Origin: Thermodesulfobacteriota bacterium
GTDB lineage: Bacteria; Desulfobacterota; Desulfobulbia; Desulfobulbales; SURF-16
DNA: 53,241 nucleotides
Direction of reading: 5' to 3'
Assembly: GCA_034723545.1 (NCBI GenBank)
Contig: JAYEPA010000001.1
Span: forward strand, 2,227-55,467
Below the pieces are notes generated by a model. The model saw only the letters and a list, made by a program, of their open reading frames with translations. It searched no databases and was not told where the DNA came from. Numbering within the stretch: position 1 is the stretch's first letter; every line of letters begins with the position of its first letter. The translations under genes and the position numbers were made by a program. Shown here in pieces: positions 9,801 through 18,023 of this stretch.

Positions 9801-10757
9801 TTAAAGTAAACTGTACATATATCCACAATAAGCCAGCAGCAGGACACCTCCGTGGAACCGATTTAAACCATGACGGAAAAATATAACAGGTATCAGCACT
9901 GCAGAAAAGCATATCATTATCGGCAGATCACGGATCAGGGTCTGGCCTGGCAGGGCAAATGGACGAAATATGGCGCAGATCCCGAGAACCATCATCAGGT
10001 TAAAGAGATTGCTGCCGATGACATTACCCACCAGAAGATCTCCCTCATTGCGGCGGAGTGCGGACAACGAGGAGGCGAGTTCCGGAAGCGAGGTTCCCAC
10101 AGCCGCCATGGTTAAACCGATCACCAGATCCGAGATCCCGAAAAAGCGGGCCAGATCAATAGCGCCGTCAATAAAAAGATTCGAGCCCAGAGCCAGGATC
10201 ACCAGGCCGGTCACACATAAACTGACAACAAAAAAGTAGGACGAGACCTTGGCGTTGTCACTTTTTTCCGGGGTCTCTTGATTATTGCCGCCGACGCGAT
10301 AGGCCTGATAGGTATAGAGAAGGAGAACCCCGAAAAAAATAATACCGTAAAGCCGGTTGAAAATTCCAATCAGTCCGATTCCGACCACGGTAAAACTTGC
10401 GGCAACAAGAAGATAAAGCTCCAGGGATATTTTTTTAAAATGAACGGTCAGTGGGTAAAGTAATGCGGAAAAGCCCAGAACAAGACCGATATTGGCAATA
10501 TTGCTGCCCACGACATTACCCAGCATGATATCGCCATGATCCTGTGATACGGCTGACAGGCTGACGAATAGCTCCGGGATTGAGGTGCCGAACGCCACCA
10601 CGGTCAGACCGATCAGCAATGAACTCATTCCCAGTCTTTCGGCCAGTTTGACCGCACCGGAAACCAGTAATTCTCCACCAGCCACCAGCATGACCAGGCC
10701 ACTGACCGCGGCAAGGGTTGCCATGGGAATCGAAGAAAAGTTTTGTGCGATATCCAT
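9801..10757 (-). CDS. Calcium/sodium antiporter (YrbG family)
   Basis: Two alpha repeats: GTSIPE...GNVVGSN and GTSLPE...GNVIGSN. Confidence 0.92.
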   Translation of the reverse strand: MDIAQNFSSIPMATLAAVSGLVMLVAGGELLVSGAVKLAERLGMSSLLIGLTVVAFGTSIPELFVSLSAVSQDHGDIMLGNVVGSNIANIGLVLGFSALLYPLTVHFKKISLELYLLVAASFTVVGIGLIGIFNRLYGIIFFGVLLLYTYQAYRVGGNNQETPEKSDNAKVSSYFFVVSLCVTGLVILALGSNLFIDGAIDLARFFGISDLVIGLTMAAVGTSLPELASSLSALRRNEGDLLVGNVIGSNLFNLMMVLGICAIFRPFALPGQTLIRDLPIMICFSAVLIPVIFFRHGLNRFHGGVLLLAYCGYMYSLL

Positions 10758-10820
10758 TTAAGTGCCTTACGCCTGAACTTCTGTCAAAAAAACAAGCAAC
10801 TCAGAAATGTTTGAAATAAG

Positions 10821-10989
10821 GTAACTATTCAGCTGCACCCCATCTTCGCCCATTTAGAGCTTCTCGAGTAACATTAGTACGCTTCAAATCTCTAAATGAA
10901 CAGGTAAGCGTAGACTCCGAATATGGGGCACATCTGAACAGTTACAGACCAAGTTTTTCGTAACATTTTTATACACGCTGAATAGTTAC
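10821..10989. mobile_element. Family A MITE (IS66-like ends)
   Basis: GTAACTATTCAG...CTGAATAGTTAC; 8-bp TSD GAAATAAG on both sides; micro-insert at 10902-10918. Confidence 0.9.
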
Positions 10990-11008
10990 GAAATAAGTTA
11001 GTTCTGTC

Positions 11009-11160
11009 GTATCTATTCAGCTACACCCCATCTTCGTCCATTTAAGCCTTTTCGAATAGCACCAGTATGCTTCAAAGTCTTAAATAAACGAATATGGGGC
11101 ACATCTGAATAGATACATTCGGTGGTTTTGGTTATTTTGAGATACTCGCTGAATAGTTAC
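11009..11160. mobile_element. Family A MITE (152-bp copy without insert)
   Basis: GTATCTATTCAG...CTGAATAGTTAC; TSD GTTCTGTC. Confidence 0.9.
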
Positions 11161-11247
11161 GTTCTGTCTAGTACCAAGGCACTTACACCCGCCAAGCGAG
11201 TACTGAAAAGAGTCCTGAAAGCTAATGTGGTTTTCCGCTTTAGTGGG

Positions 11248-11964
11248 TTAGGGAAGGTGGAATCCACCCTCGTGCAGGGAAGAGGCCTTATCCGCCAGCT
11301 GTTTTAATTTACTTTTAATCCGGGACAGCGGAACCAGGGACGGAATAACGGGCATACTCTCCTCAATGGCCTTAGGTGGATGGAGCTTCATCTTTTTTTC
11401 CATACTTTGGGAAAAATCCGTTTGAATTCCTCCATCCATGCCGGAAGCTGGTGATCCAGTACTGTCGATACTGCGGAGAAAGCTCATGATACTACCAATA
11501 TCGTTTTTTTGATAAAACAGTTTGATTTCCTCTTCAATGATTTCTCGGCTTTCCAGCAGTTCAGCATATTTTTCCCGGTAGGTTTCAACATGGTCCACCA
11601 GCATTTCATAGCAGTCCAGCACCAGATTCTTAAAACGGCCGGATTGAGTCAATCCCCGTGTTTTCACTCCTGCAAAAACTTTTTTTCTTATGGTTGGAGA
11701 CTGCAGCAGATAGGGATCGAAAAATATCTTTTTACCCAGTCCAGAGAGATCCAGAAATTTACGGATCAGACCATCGTCCTGGAGAAGGATGTACAGGCGA
11801 ACCAGATCCTGGATGATTTTATGCTCCACCGTGATTGAGGAAAAATGAAGCTCTTTGGCTAATTCTTCCTTATCCTCTTCAATGAGCTTACGAAAACCGA
11901 AGTAGCGCTCCGCAAGCTCCTTTTTGATTTCAAAGCTGAGAACTTTTGCAATATCTTCTGTCAT
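11248..11964 (-). CDS. Hypothetical protein, divergent from dnaG
   Basis: 238-aa ORF with strong SD AGGAGGG. Confidence 0.8.
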   Translation of the reverse strand: MTEDIAKVLSFEIKKELAERYFGFRKLIEEDKEELAKELHFSSITVEHKIIQDLVRLYILLQDDGLIRKFLDLSGLGKKIFFDPYLLQSPTIRKKVFAGVKTRGLTQSGRFKNLVLDCYEMLVDHVETYREKYAELLESREIIEEEIKLFYQKNDIGSIMSFLRSIDSTGSPASGMDGGIQTDFSQSMEKKMKLHPPKAIEESMPVIPSLVPLSRIKSKLKQLADKASSLHEGGFHLP

Positions 11965-12109
11965 ATTTCCCTCCTGGAAGCCTGTTTTTCTGTTTCTCAG
12001 TATAGTACCGATTTTTTGACAATCGATTTTATGGCCGGAAAGCGCCCCCTTGAAACATCAGGAGACAGGGTTTAAAAAAAACATTTTCAGATTTCGTAAA
12101 ATGCCTTAT

Positions 12110-12269
12110 TTAGTGCCTTACACCTGAAATCCTGTAATAAAAAACAAGAAATAAAAAAAATTACTTTTAAAATAAATGTACACCTACTGTTAAGGCACTT
12201 ACACCCGCCAAGCGAGTACTGAAAAGAGTCCTAAAAAATCTGATGTTTTCTTCCGCTTTAGTGGGTTAG
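12110..12269. mobile_element. Family B repeat, copy 2 (uninterrupted)
   Basis: TTAGTGCCTTA...TAAGGCACTTA followed by cacccgccaagcg...ccgctttagtgggttag. Confidence 0.7.
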
Positions 12270-12271
12270 GA

Positions 12272-12521
12272 TATAGTTGCGTAATCAAACCAGGTGACAA
12301 AATTTGACGCTTGAGCTGACATTTTGTAATATGTTGATATTGTTATTGTTTTAGTCAATATTTGCCTATCTCGTTTCCATATTGATCTACGGCATGGTTT
12401 CGACTGTAGGGGCAACCCTTGTGGTTGCTCTTTTTTGATTGCCACGCAGGGAAAGGTACCCACAAGGGGCACCCCTACGATTCGTGATTATTTTAATTCC
12501 ATACAAGTTTACGAAACTATA
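12272..12521. mobile_element. Putative MITE with 13-bp TIRs enclosing a REP doublet
   Basis: TATAGTTGCGTAA / TTACGAAACTATA (12/13 inverted match). Confidence 0.5.
12406..12478. repeat. GTAG-class REP doublet
   Basis: GTAGGGGCAACCCTTGTGGTTGCTC ... GGTACCCACAAGGGGCACCCCTAC inverted pair. Confidence 0.75.
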
Positions 12522-12581
12522 CTATCTTGCTTCTGATTATGCATCCGCCTTTTTTTGCATGGCGGATGAACCTAGAAAATT

Positions 12582-14351
12582 ATGACGACAGCCTTCTCTC
12601 AAGACAACACGGCACAGCTGGTTAAAGATGCGGCGGATATCGTCGATGTGATCGGCGAGCAAGTCAGTCTGCAAAAAACAGGGATCAATTATAAGGGGTT
12701 ATGTCCGTTTCATTCCGAGAAGACCCCCTCTTTTACGGTGAATCCGGAAAAAGGGATTTTTCATTGTTTTGGTTGCGGTGCAGGCGGCGATGTCTTTACC
12801 TTCATGATGAATTTTCATCAGATGACTTTTCCGGAAGCCCTGAAAGAGCTGGCTGGAAGATATCATATCCAGTTACCCGAGCAGAAATTATCAGCAACGG
12901 ACCAAGCCCGCCTTAGGAAGAAAGCCAGGCTTTATGAAGCCAATGAAAAGGCGGCAGACCTGTATCATGATTTTTTATTGCATCAGCCTGGTGCCCGGGC
13001 AGCCAGGGAATATTTAGAGAAAAGAGGGGTTCCCCCTGACATTGTTACATCCTTTAAGCTTGGCTATGCGCCCGAACGCTGGGATTTTCTTATCAAAGCC
13101 CTGAGGAGCGCCAATATCAGCCCTGAAACTGCGGCTGATGCGGGGCTTGTTGTGGAAAAGAAGCAAGGCGGTCATTATGATCGGTTTCGTGACCGGATTG
13201 TCTGTCCTATTTTTGATGTCAGCGGCCGGGTGATCGCCTTTGGCGGCCGGATTCTCGGCAGTGGTGAGCCGAAATATCTGAACTCTCCGGAAACCTTGCT
13301 TTTCAACAAAAGTCGTACATTGTACGGTCTTTATCAGAATAAGCAAAAAATTCGAAAAGAAAATCAGATTGTTCTGGTTGAGGGTAATTTTGATTTATTG
13401 TCTTTGGTGGCCCACAACATCGGTAATGTCTGCGCTCCCCTGGGCACGGCCCTGACCCCGCATCAGGTCAAAATTTTAAAAAGATATGCTTCCGGTGTGA
13501 TCCTGCTGTTTGATGGCGATGCCGCTGGTCTCAAAGCGGCAATGAGGGCGGTGCCTCTATTTTTGACCGAACAGCTTGATGCGCGGGTTGTTCTTTTGCC
13601 GCCTGATCATGATCCCGATACCTTTGTCAGAGCCTTTGGCGAAAAACAGTTAGAGAAAGAGATTGCCATGGCCCGATCCCTGCCGGAATTTGTTTTTGAG
13701 CGTCTGGTGGAGGAGCACGGCCTGACCTTGGAAGGAAAAGGGAAAATTGTCAATGAGTTGAGACCCATCATTAAAAGCATTGGCGACTGGAATCTGCAAC
13801 GTTCTCTTTTTGTGTCACATTTCAGTCGGAAACTGGGTCTGCAGCCGGAGCAGCTTTTAAAAAATGATAAACAATCTGTTTCGTCAACAGCGTCCGCCGG
13901 GCATAAGCGGAAAAATTGTTCTCCTGATCTGCCGTTGAAACAGAGGCAGATTCTGGAATTTTTACTCTACTATCCTGAGTTTTTTGAACCGTTTCTTGAC
14001 GCGGGTATCGAAAAAGTCATGGATCACGACAGCTGCCAAGTGATTCTTAATTGCATGAAAGACATTGTAGCGGCCGAGGGAAGTGCAGTCGTGGACCTGC
14101 TTCTGGAACGGCTTTCCGGCAGGGAGAGGTCTCTGATCTCCAGTCTTCTTGTCAAAATGCCTGCCTTTTCGGAGGAGAAGAAAAATGAGGTAGCCGGTGA
14201 GATGACAAATTGGATTAAGTATCATATTCTTGACCTGAAAAAGGACGAAATAACTCGGCGGATTAATGAAGCTCATCAGGCGAATGATGTGGTACTGCTC
14301 ATGGAACTCCTTGAAAAGAAAAAAGAAATGGACGAAACGTCGACAACATAA
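12582..14351 (+). CDS. dnaG: DNA primase
   Basis: Zinc finger CPFH..KTPSF..HCFGC, DRFRDR, KYLNSPET, TOPRIM EG and FDGDAAG. Confidence 0.97.
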   Translation: MTTAFSQDNTAQLVKDAADIVDVIGEQVSLQKTGINYKGLCPFHSEKTPSFTVNPEKGIFHCFGCGAGGDVFTFMMNFHQMTFPEALKELAGRYHIQLPEQKLSATDQARLRKKARLYEANEKAADLYHDFLLHQPGARAAREYLEKRGVPPDIVTSFKLGYAPERWDFLIKALRSANISPETAADAGLVVEKKQGGHYDRFRDRIVCPIFDVSGRVIAFGGRILGSGEPKYLNSPETLLFNKSRTLYGLYQNKQKIRKENQIVLVEGNFDLLSLVAHNIGNVCAPLGTALTPHQVKILKRYASGVILLFDGDAAGLKAAMRAVPLFLTEQLDARVVLLPPDHDPDTFVRAFGEKQLEKEIAMARSLPEFVFERLVEEHGLTLEGKGKIVNELRPIIKSIGDWNLQRSLFVSHFSRKLGLQPEQLLKNDKQSVSSTASAGHKRKNCSPDLPLKQRQILEFLLYYPEFFEPFLDAGIEKVMDHDSCQVILNCMKDIVAAEGSAVVDLLLERLSGRERSLISSLLVKMPAFSEEKKNEVAGEMTNWIKYHILDLKKDEITRRINEAHQANDVVLLMELLEKKKEMDETSTT

Positions 14352-14366
14352 TATCATAGAGATTAT

Positions 14367-14787
14367 GTAACTATTCAGATGTGCTCCATCTTCGCCCATA
14401 TTTGGTCTTCTCGAATAGCACCAGTGCGGAGTCTTCGCTTCGCTCCGCTTACCGTTCAAAGCCCAGGTAAGCGTAGACTCCGAAATGAACGAATATGGAG
14501 CACATCTTAACAGTTACAGGCCGAGTTTTTCGTAACATTTTCACATACGCTTCTTCTAAGTAACAAGATTCTGATTAGCCTGTATAAAAAACGAAGAATC
14601 AGCACGATAAGTTAAAATTGGCCACTTACGTCATCCCGGCATGTTTTTAGCCGGGATCCAGGATGGTGTGTGTGGCTACTTTCTGGATTCCGGCTAAGGA
14701 CATGCCGGAATGACGATATAATTTATTTTGTTACTTGTAAAATAGATGCCGGGATCTTTACCCCCGGTTGCCTTGCTGAATAATTAC
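14367..14787. mobile_element. Composite family A MITE with two micro-inserts and nested repeats
   Basis: GTAACTATTCAG...CTGAATAATTAC; TSD GAGATTAT; internal end copy ends at 14517. Confidence 0.88.
14629..14715. repeat. CGTC-class REP doublet inside an AAGTAACAA...TTGTTACTT-bounded segment (14558-14736)
   Basis: CGTCATCCCGGCATG...GCCGGGATCCAG / CTGGATTCCGGC...CATGCCGGAATGACG. Confidence 0.75.
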
Positions 14788-14968
14788 GAGATTATTTACA
14801 ATAAAATTGAACGTTTTAAATTTTGAGGACACATCACAGACGATAGATCTCGTTAAAAAGCCAACCGTTTAATATTGTAACTTATTTATTACACATGCAA
14901 TAGTTCCATTCCTAGACGTGTGGCCTGAGATTCTAGGTTCAGGATCCCGATGTCTGGACGATAGAAAA

Positions 14969-16513
14969 ATGCGTAAAAAGCACAGAAAAACCGGCGAAGA
15001 GCCCATGGATGATTTAACCTCAATATTTGATAATAAAAAGGTTGAGGATTCAAATCAGGATCCGTCCAATATTGATGACGATGAATTGGCAATGATTCTT
15101 CCTAAAAAGGGGAAGCGTCGCAGTAGGAAATCGCTGTCATCTCCCAAGGAGGCAAGCCCTAAACTTGACCCTGTAAAAGCCTACTTGCGGGAAATGGGCG
15201 CCGTTGCCCTTTTGAGTTCAGCAGAAGAAACGAAAATTGCCAAGCGTATTGAACAGGGTGACAGGCAGATTCAAAAAACGATTCTGGCTGTACCGACAGC
15301 TTTGGCAAGCCTTGCCAAAATGAAGGAAGATCTTCTTTCGGGCAAACGGCAGATTTCCGATATTCTGCGTGGCCTGGATGAATCCGACCATGAAGGAATC
15401 AGGGCACGGCACGAGCAGTTTCTTTGGCAGATCGGAGAAGCAGAACGAATTGACCGTGAACGAGAAGCCTTGCGGGCCGATCTCCTTGATCCTGAAACTG
15501 ACAAGGGAAAGGCCGTAAAAATTATGGTTCGTCTTGAAAGATGTAATTTTACGATTGCCAGCCTTTTTCAGGATGATCGAATTTGTGCCAAGTATCTTTC
15601 TGAGATTATAGAGAATGTTAAGGGGCTCGCAAAAAGGTTTTCCGCTATTATGCTGAAGATGAAAAAACAGCCGGAAAAAGCGGAGAAACTGGAAGTGATG
15701 CTGTGTGAATTTGAGGATGAACATGGGATTGATCAAGAGTCGCTGGCCCAGATCATGGAAGGGATGGCCCTGGGGGAAAAGATTTCCAGTGTAGCCAAGC
15801 AGGAATTGACCCGCGCCAATCTTCGTCTTGTTGTCAGTGTGGCAAAAAAGTATGCAAATCGCGGTCTGCAACTTCTTGACCTGATTCAGGAAGGAAACAT
15901 CGGCCTGATGAAGGCAGTTGAAAAATTTGAATACCGCCGTGGTTATAAATTCAGCACCTATGCCACTTGGTGGATCAGGCAGGCGATTAACAGGGCCATT
16001 GCCGATCAGGGCCGAACGATTCGTATTCCGGTGCACATGATCGATACCATCAACCGGTTGATGAAGGGGGCAAAAGAATTTTCCCGGGAGCATGGCCGTG
16101 AACCAACGCCTGAGGAAATGTCGGAGCGGCTTGATCTTGATCTGGAAAAGGTGCGTAACATTCTTAAGATTACCAAGGAGCCCGTTTCTCTCGATACGCC
16201 AATAGGAGACAGTGAGGACAGTTTTTTAACTGATTTTATTGAAGATGTTGACGCTGTTTCTCCACATGAGGCAACAATAATGCATGATTTGCGCCAGAAT
16301 CTCAGGAAGGTAATGTCATCGTTGACGCCGCGGGAAGAACGGGTGCTGCGTATGCGATTCGGGATTGGCACGCGATCGGATTTGACCCTGGAGGAGGTTG
16401 GTAAAAGTTTTTCCGTGACCAGGGAGCGCATCCGGCAAATTGAGGCAAAGGCGTTGAAAAAGCTGAAACATCCATCCCGGCGGAAACAGCTTGAGAGTTT
16501 TATGAAAGACTGA
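14969..16513 (+). CDS. rpoD: Primary sigma factor sigma70 (start uncertain: 14918, 14969 or 15005)
   Basis: [63 protein letters not shown]; follows dnaG. Confidence 0.95.
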   Translation: MRKKHRKTGEEPMDDLTSIFDNKKVEDSNQDPSNIDDDELAMILPKKGKRRSRKSLSSPKEASPKLDPVKAYLREMGAVALLSSAEETKIAKRIEQGDRQIQKTILAVPTALASLAKMKEDLLSGKRQISDILRGLDESDHEGIRARHEQFLWQIGEAERIDREREALRADLLDPETDKGKAVKIMVRLERCNFTIASLFQDDRICAKYLSEIIENVKGLAKRFSAIMLKMKKQPEKAEKLEVMLCEFEDEHGIDQESLAQIMEGMALGEKISSVAKQELTRANLRLVVSVAKKYANRGLQLLDLIQEGNIGLMKAVEKFEYRRGYKFSTYATWWIRQAINRAIADQGRTIRIPVHMIDTINRLMKGAKEFSREHGREPTPEEMSERLDLDLEKVRNILKITKEPVSLDTPIGDSEDSFLTDFIEDVDAVSPHEATIMHDLRQNLRKVMSSLTPREERVLRMRFGIGTRSDLTLEEVGKSFSVTRERIRQIEAKALKKLKHPSRRKQLESFMKD

Positions 16514-16549
16514 TCGTTTTTTTCTGCTTTTTCCCCCAAAGATATTCTC

Positions 16550-16602
16550 CTGAACAGTTACGGAACGGTTATGCCAATTTGGCGGTCCACCTGAATAGAT
16601 AC
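16550..16602. mobile_element. Family A remnant (spacer module only)
   Basis: CTGAACAGTTAC-29 nt-CTGAATAGATAC; closely matches the reverse complement of 35398-35454. Confidence 0.75.
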
Positions 16603-16607
16603 CTGAT

Positions 16608-17717
16608 ATGAAAGGAAATCTGCAAGACTGGATCAGTCTCTATTTAACTCCGGGCCTGGGGTCAACCTGGTGTATCCGGCTTGTGGATTATTTTGGCGGT
16701 CCTCAAGAAGTTTTCAAGGCGACATTAAAAGATTTTCAGCAGATTTCCGGGCTCAGAAAAAATGCGGCTGCCGCCTTGGCCGCAGGCCCTGATTTAGTCC
16801 GAGTGGAAGCTGAAATCAAGAGAGCGAAAAAAAGTGGAGTGAGTATTATTCCTCTCCATGATTCCTCTTATCCATCCCGTTTGCGTGAAATTCACAATCC
16901 ACCATTTCTTCTTTATGTCAAGGGGGATCCCGCAGTTCTCGATCAGGCCTCGGTGGGTATTGTCGGGGCCAGGGCGGCAACCATTTATGGGCAGAGGATA
17001 GCCCATGATTTGGCAACCAGACTTTCCAGGCGGGGGCTTTCTATTGTCAGCGGTCTGGCCCTGGGGATTGATACGGCCGCACACCAGGGCACTCTGTCAG
17101 CCGTCGGCAGAACTGTTGCTGTGCTGGGATGCGGGCTAGATGTGGTTTATCCTCCCCGGAACAGAAAACTGTACGACCAGATTCCTGTCAATGGAGCTCT
17201 GGTGTCGGAATATCCTTTTGGTACCAAGCCTGACGGTTTTCGTTTTCCCGCCAGAAATCGGATTATCAGCGGTCTGTGTCTGGGGATTGTGGTGGTAGAG
17301 GCGGCCAGTCGCTCCGGCTCGCTGATCACGGCGGAACTTGCCTTGGATCAGGGCCGGGAGGTTTTTGCCGTGCCGGGCCGAATTGATTCCAGCAAGAGCG
17401 AGGGAAGCCACCGGCTCCTCCAGGAGGGGGCTAAGCTGGTTCATACTGTTCAGGACATTATTGAAGAACTTCCCTGGTCCGGCCCTCAGCATGTTTCCCA
17501 AGCAGAGAAAAAACAAAGCAAAGGGGGGCAAGTGCTTTCCGAGGAAGAAAGGCGTCTCTTTACTTTTCTTGATATTTATCCCATGACTGTTGATGAGATT
17601 ATCACTAAAAGCGGATTTCCAGCCCACAAGGTCAGCGAGTTGTTGTTGATGCTGGAGCTGAAAGGGGTTGTGGAGGCGCTGCCGGGTAAGCAGTTTCATA
17701 AAAAAGAGGAAAGTTAA
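16608..17717 (+). CDS. dprA: DNA-processing protein DprA
   Basis: YPSRLREIHNPP, IVSGLALGID, FPARNRIISG, SGSLITA; adjacent to topA. Confidence 0.95.
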   Translation: MKGNLQDWISLYLTPGLGSTWCIRLVDYFGGPQEVFKATLKDFQQISGLRKNAAAALAAGPDLVRVEAEIKRAKKSGVSIIPLHDSSYPSRLREIHNPPFLLYVKGDPAVLDQASVGIVGARAATIYGQRIAHDLATRLSRRGLSIVSGLALGIDTAAHQGTLSAVGRTVAVLGCGLDVVYPPRNRKLYDQIPVNGALVSEYPFGTKPDGFRFPARNRIISGLCLGIVVVEAASRSGSLITAELALDQGREVFAVPGRIDSSKSEGSHRLLQEGAKLVHTVQDIIEELPWSGPQHVSQAEKKQSKGGQVLSEEERRLFTFLDIYPMTVDEIITKSGFPAHKVSELLLMLELKGVVEALPGKQFHKKEES

Positions 17718-17773
17718 GCATTAAAAGAATTTTCCAGTTGACTTTCACTGGTTGAATTTGTTTTATCGGTTCT

Positions 17774-17944
17774 GTAAATATTCTGCTAGCATCCCAATTT
17801 CGTCTGATTCGCCTTACTCACATATGACTAATATTGCTCGCAAGGCGACTTGAACGAACTTGGGGCTGACACCGCTACGCTGTTATCCAAACATTTACAA
17901 TTTATTGGCTTTAGCACTGATTTAACTCCAACTCGAATGTTTAC
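17774..17944. mobile_element. Family A-like MITE, subfamily A2 (171 bp)
   Basis: GTAAATATTC...GAATGTTTAC; TSD TCGGTTCT; near-identical inverted copy at 41305-41475. Confidence 0.9.
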
Positions 17945-18023
17945 TCGGTTCTGCTGATTTAGCTGATCCAGTTAGTCCAACCAAATAAAACCAGTTCAAC
18001 TAAATAAAACTAATAAAACTAAT

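Larger units (their letters stand above)
10759..11251. mobile_element. Family B repeat, copy 1 (TAAGTGCCTTA...AAGGCACTTA plus a second IR module), interrupted by two family A MITEs
   Basis: Homologous to 12110-12269, including an identical 41-bp block aaggcacttacacccgccaagcgagtactgaaaagagtcct. Removing both A inserts and their duplications restores a ~90-bp first module (92 bp in copy 2). Confidence 0.75.

Noticed and set aside
10821-10945. Integron attC sites (TAAC...GTTA, strand-biased hairpin)
   Set aside because: Copies lie among housekeeping genes in both orientations with target duplications; no RYYYAAC/GTTRRRY context and no integrase.
10821-11160. CRISPR array (end motif - 32 bp - end motif units)
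   Set aside because: Repeats are only about 12 bp, dispersed, inverted and flanked by 8-bp TSDs; there is no array and no cas gene.
13962-14459. ORFs arising from repeats (also 11122-11307, 12266-12472, 20921-21187, 35548-35781, 42578-42909)
   Set aside because: They start in or cross MITE/REP sequence (recurrent LNSY and MGEDG peptides) or overlap real genes antisense.
15218-16093. Long antisense ORFs (also 2609-3235, 8402-9172, 37689-38546, 38651-39472, 43523-44341, 50984-51658)
   Set aside because: Shadows of conserved genes on the opposite strand, with no recognisable motifs.
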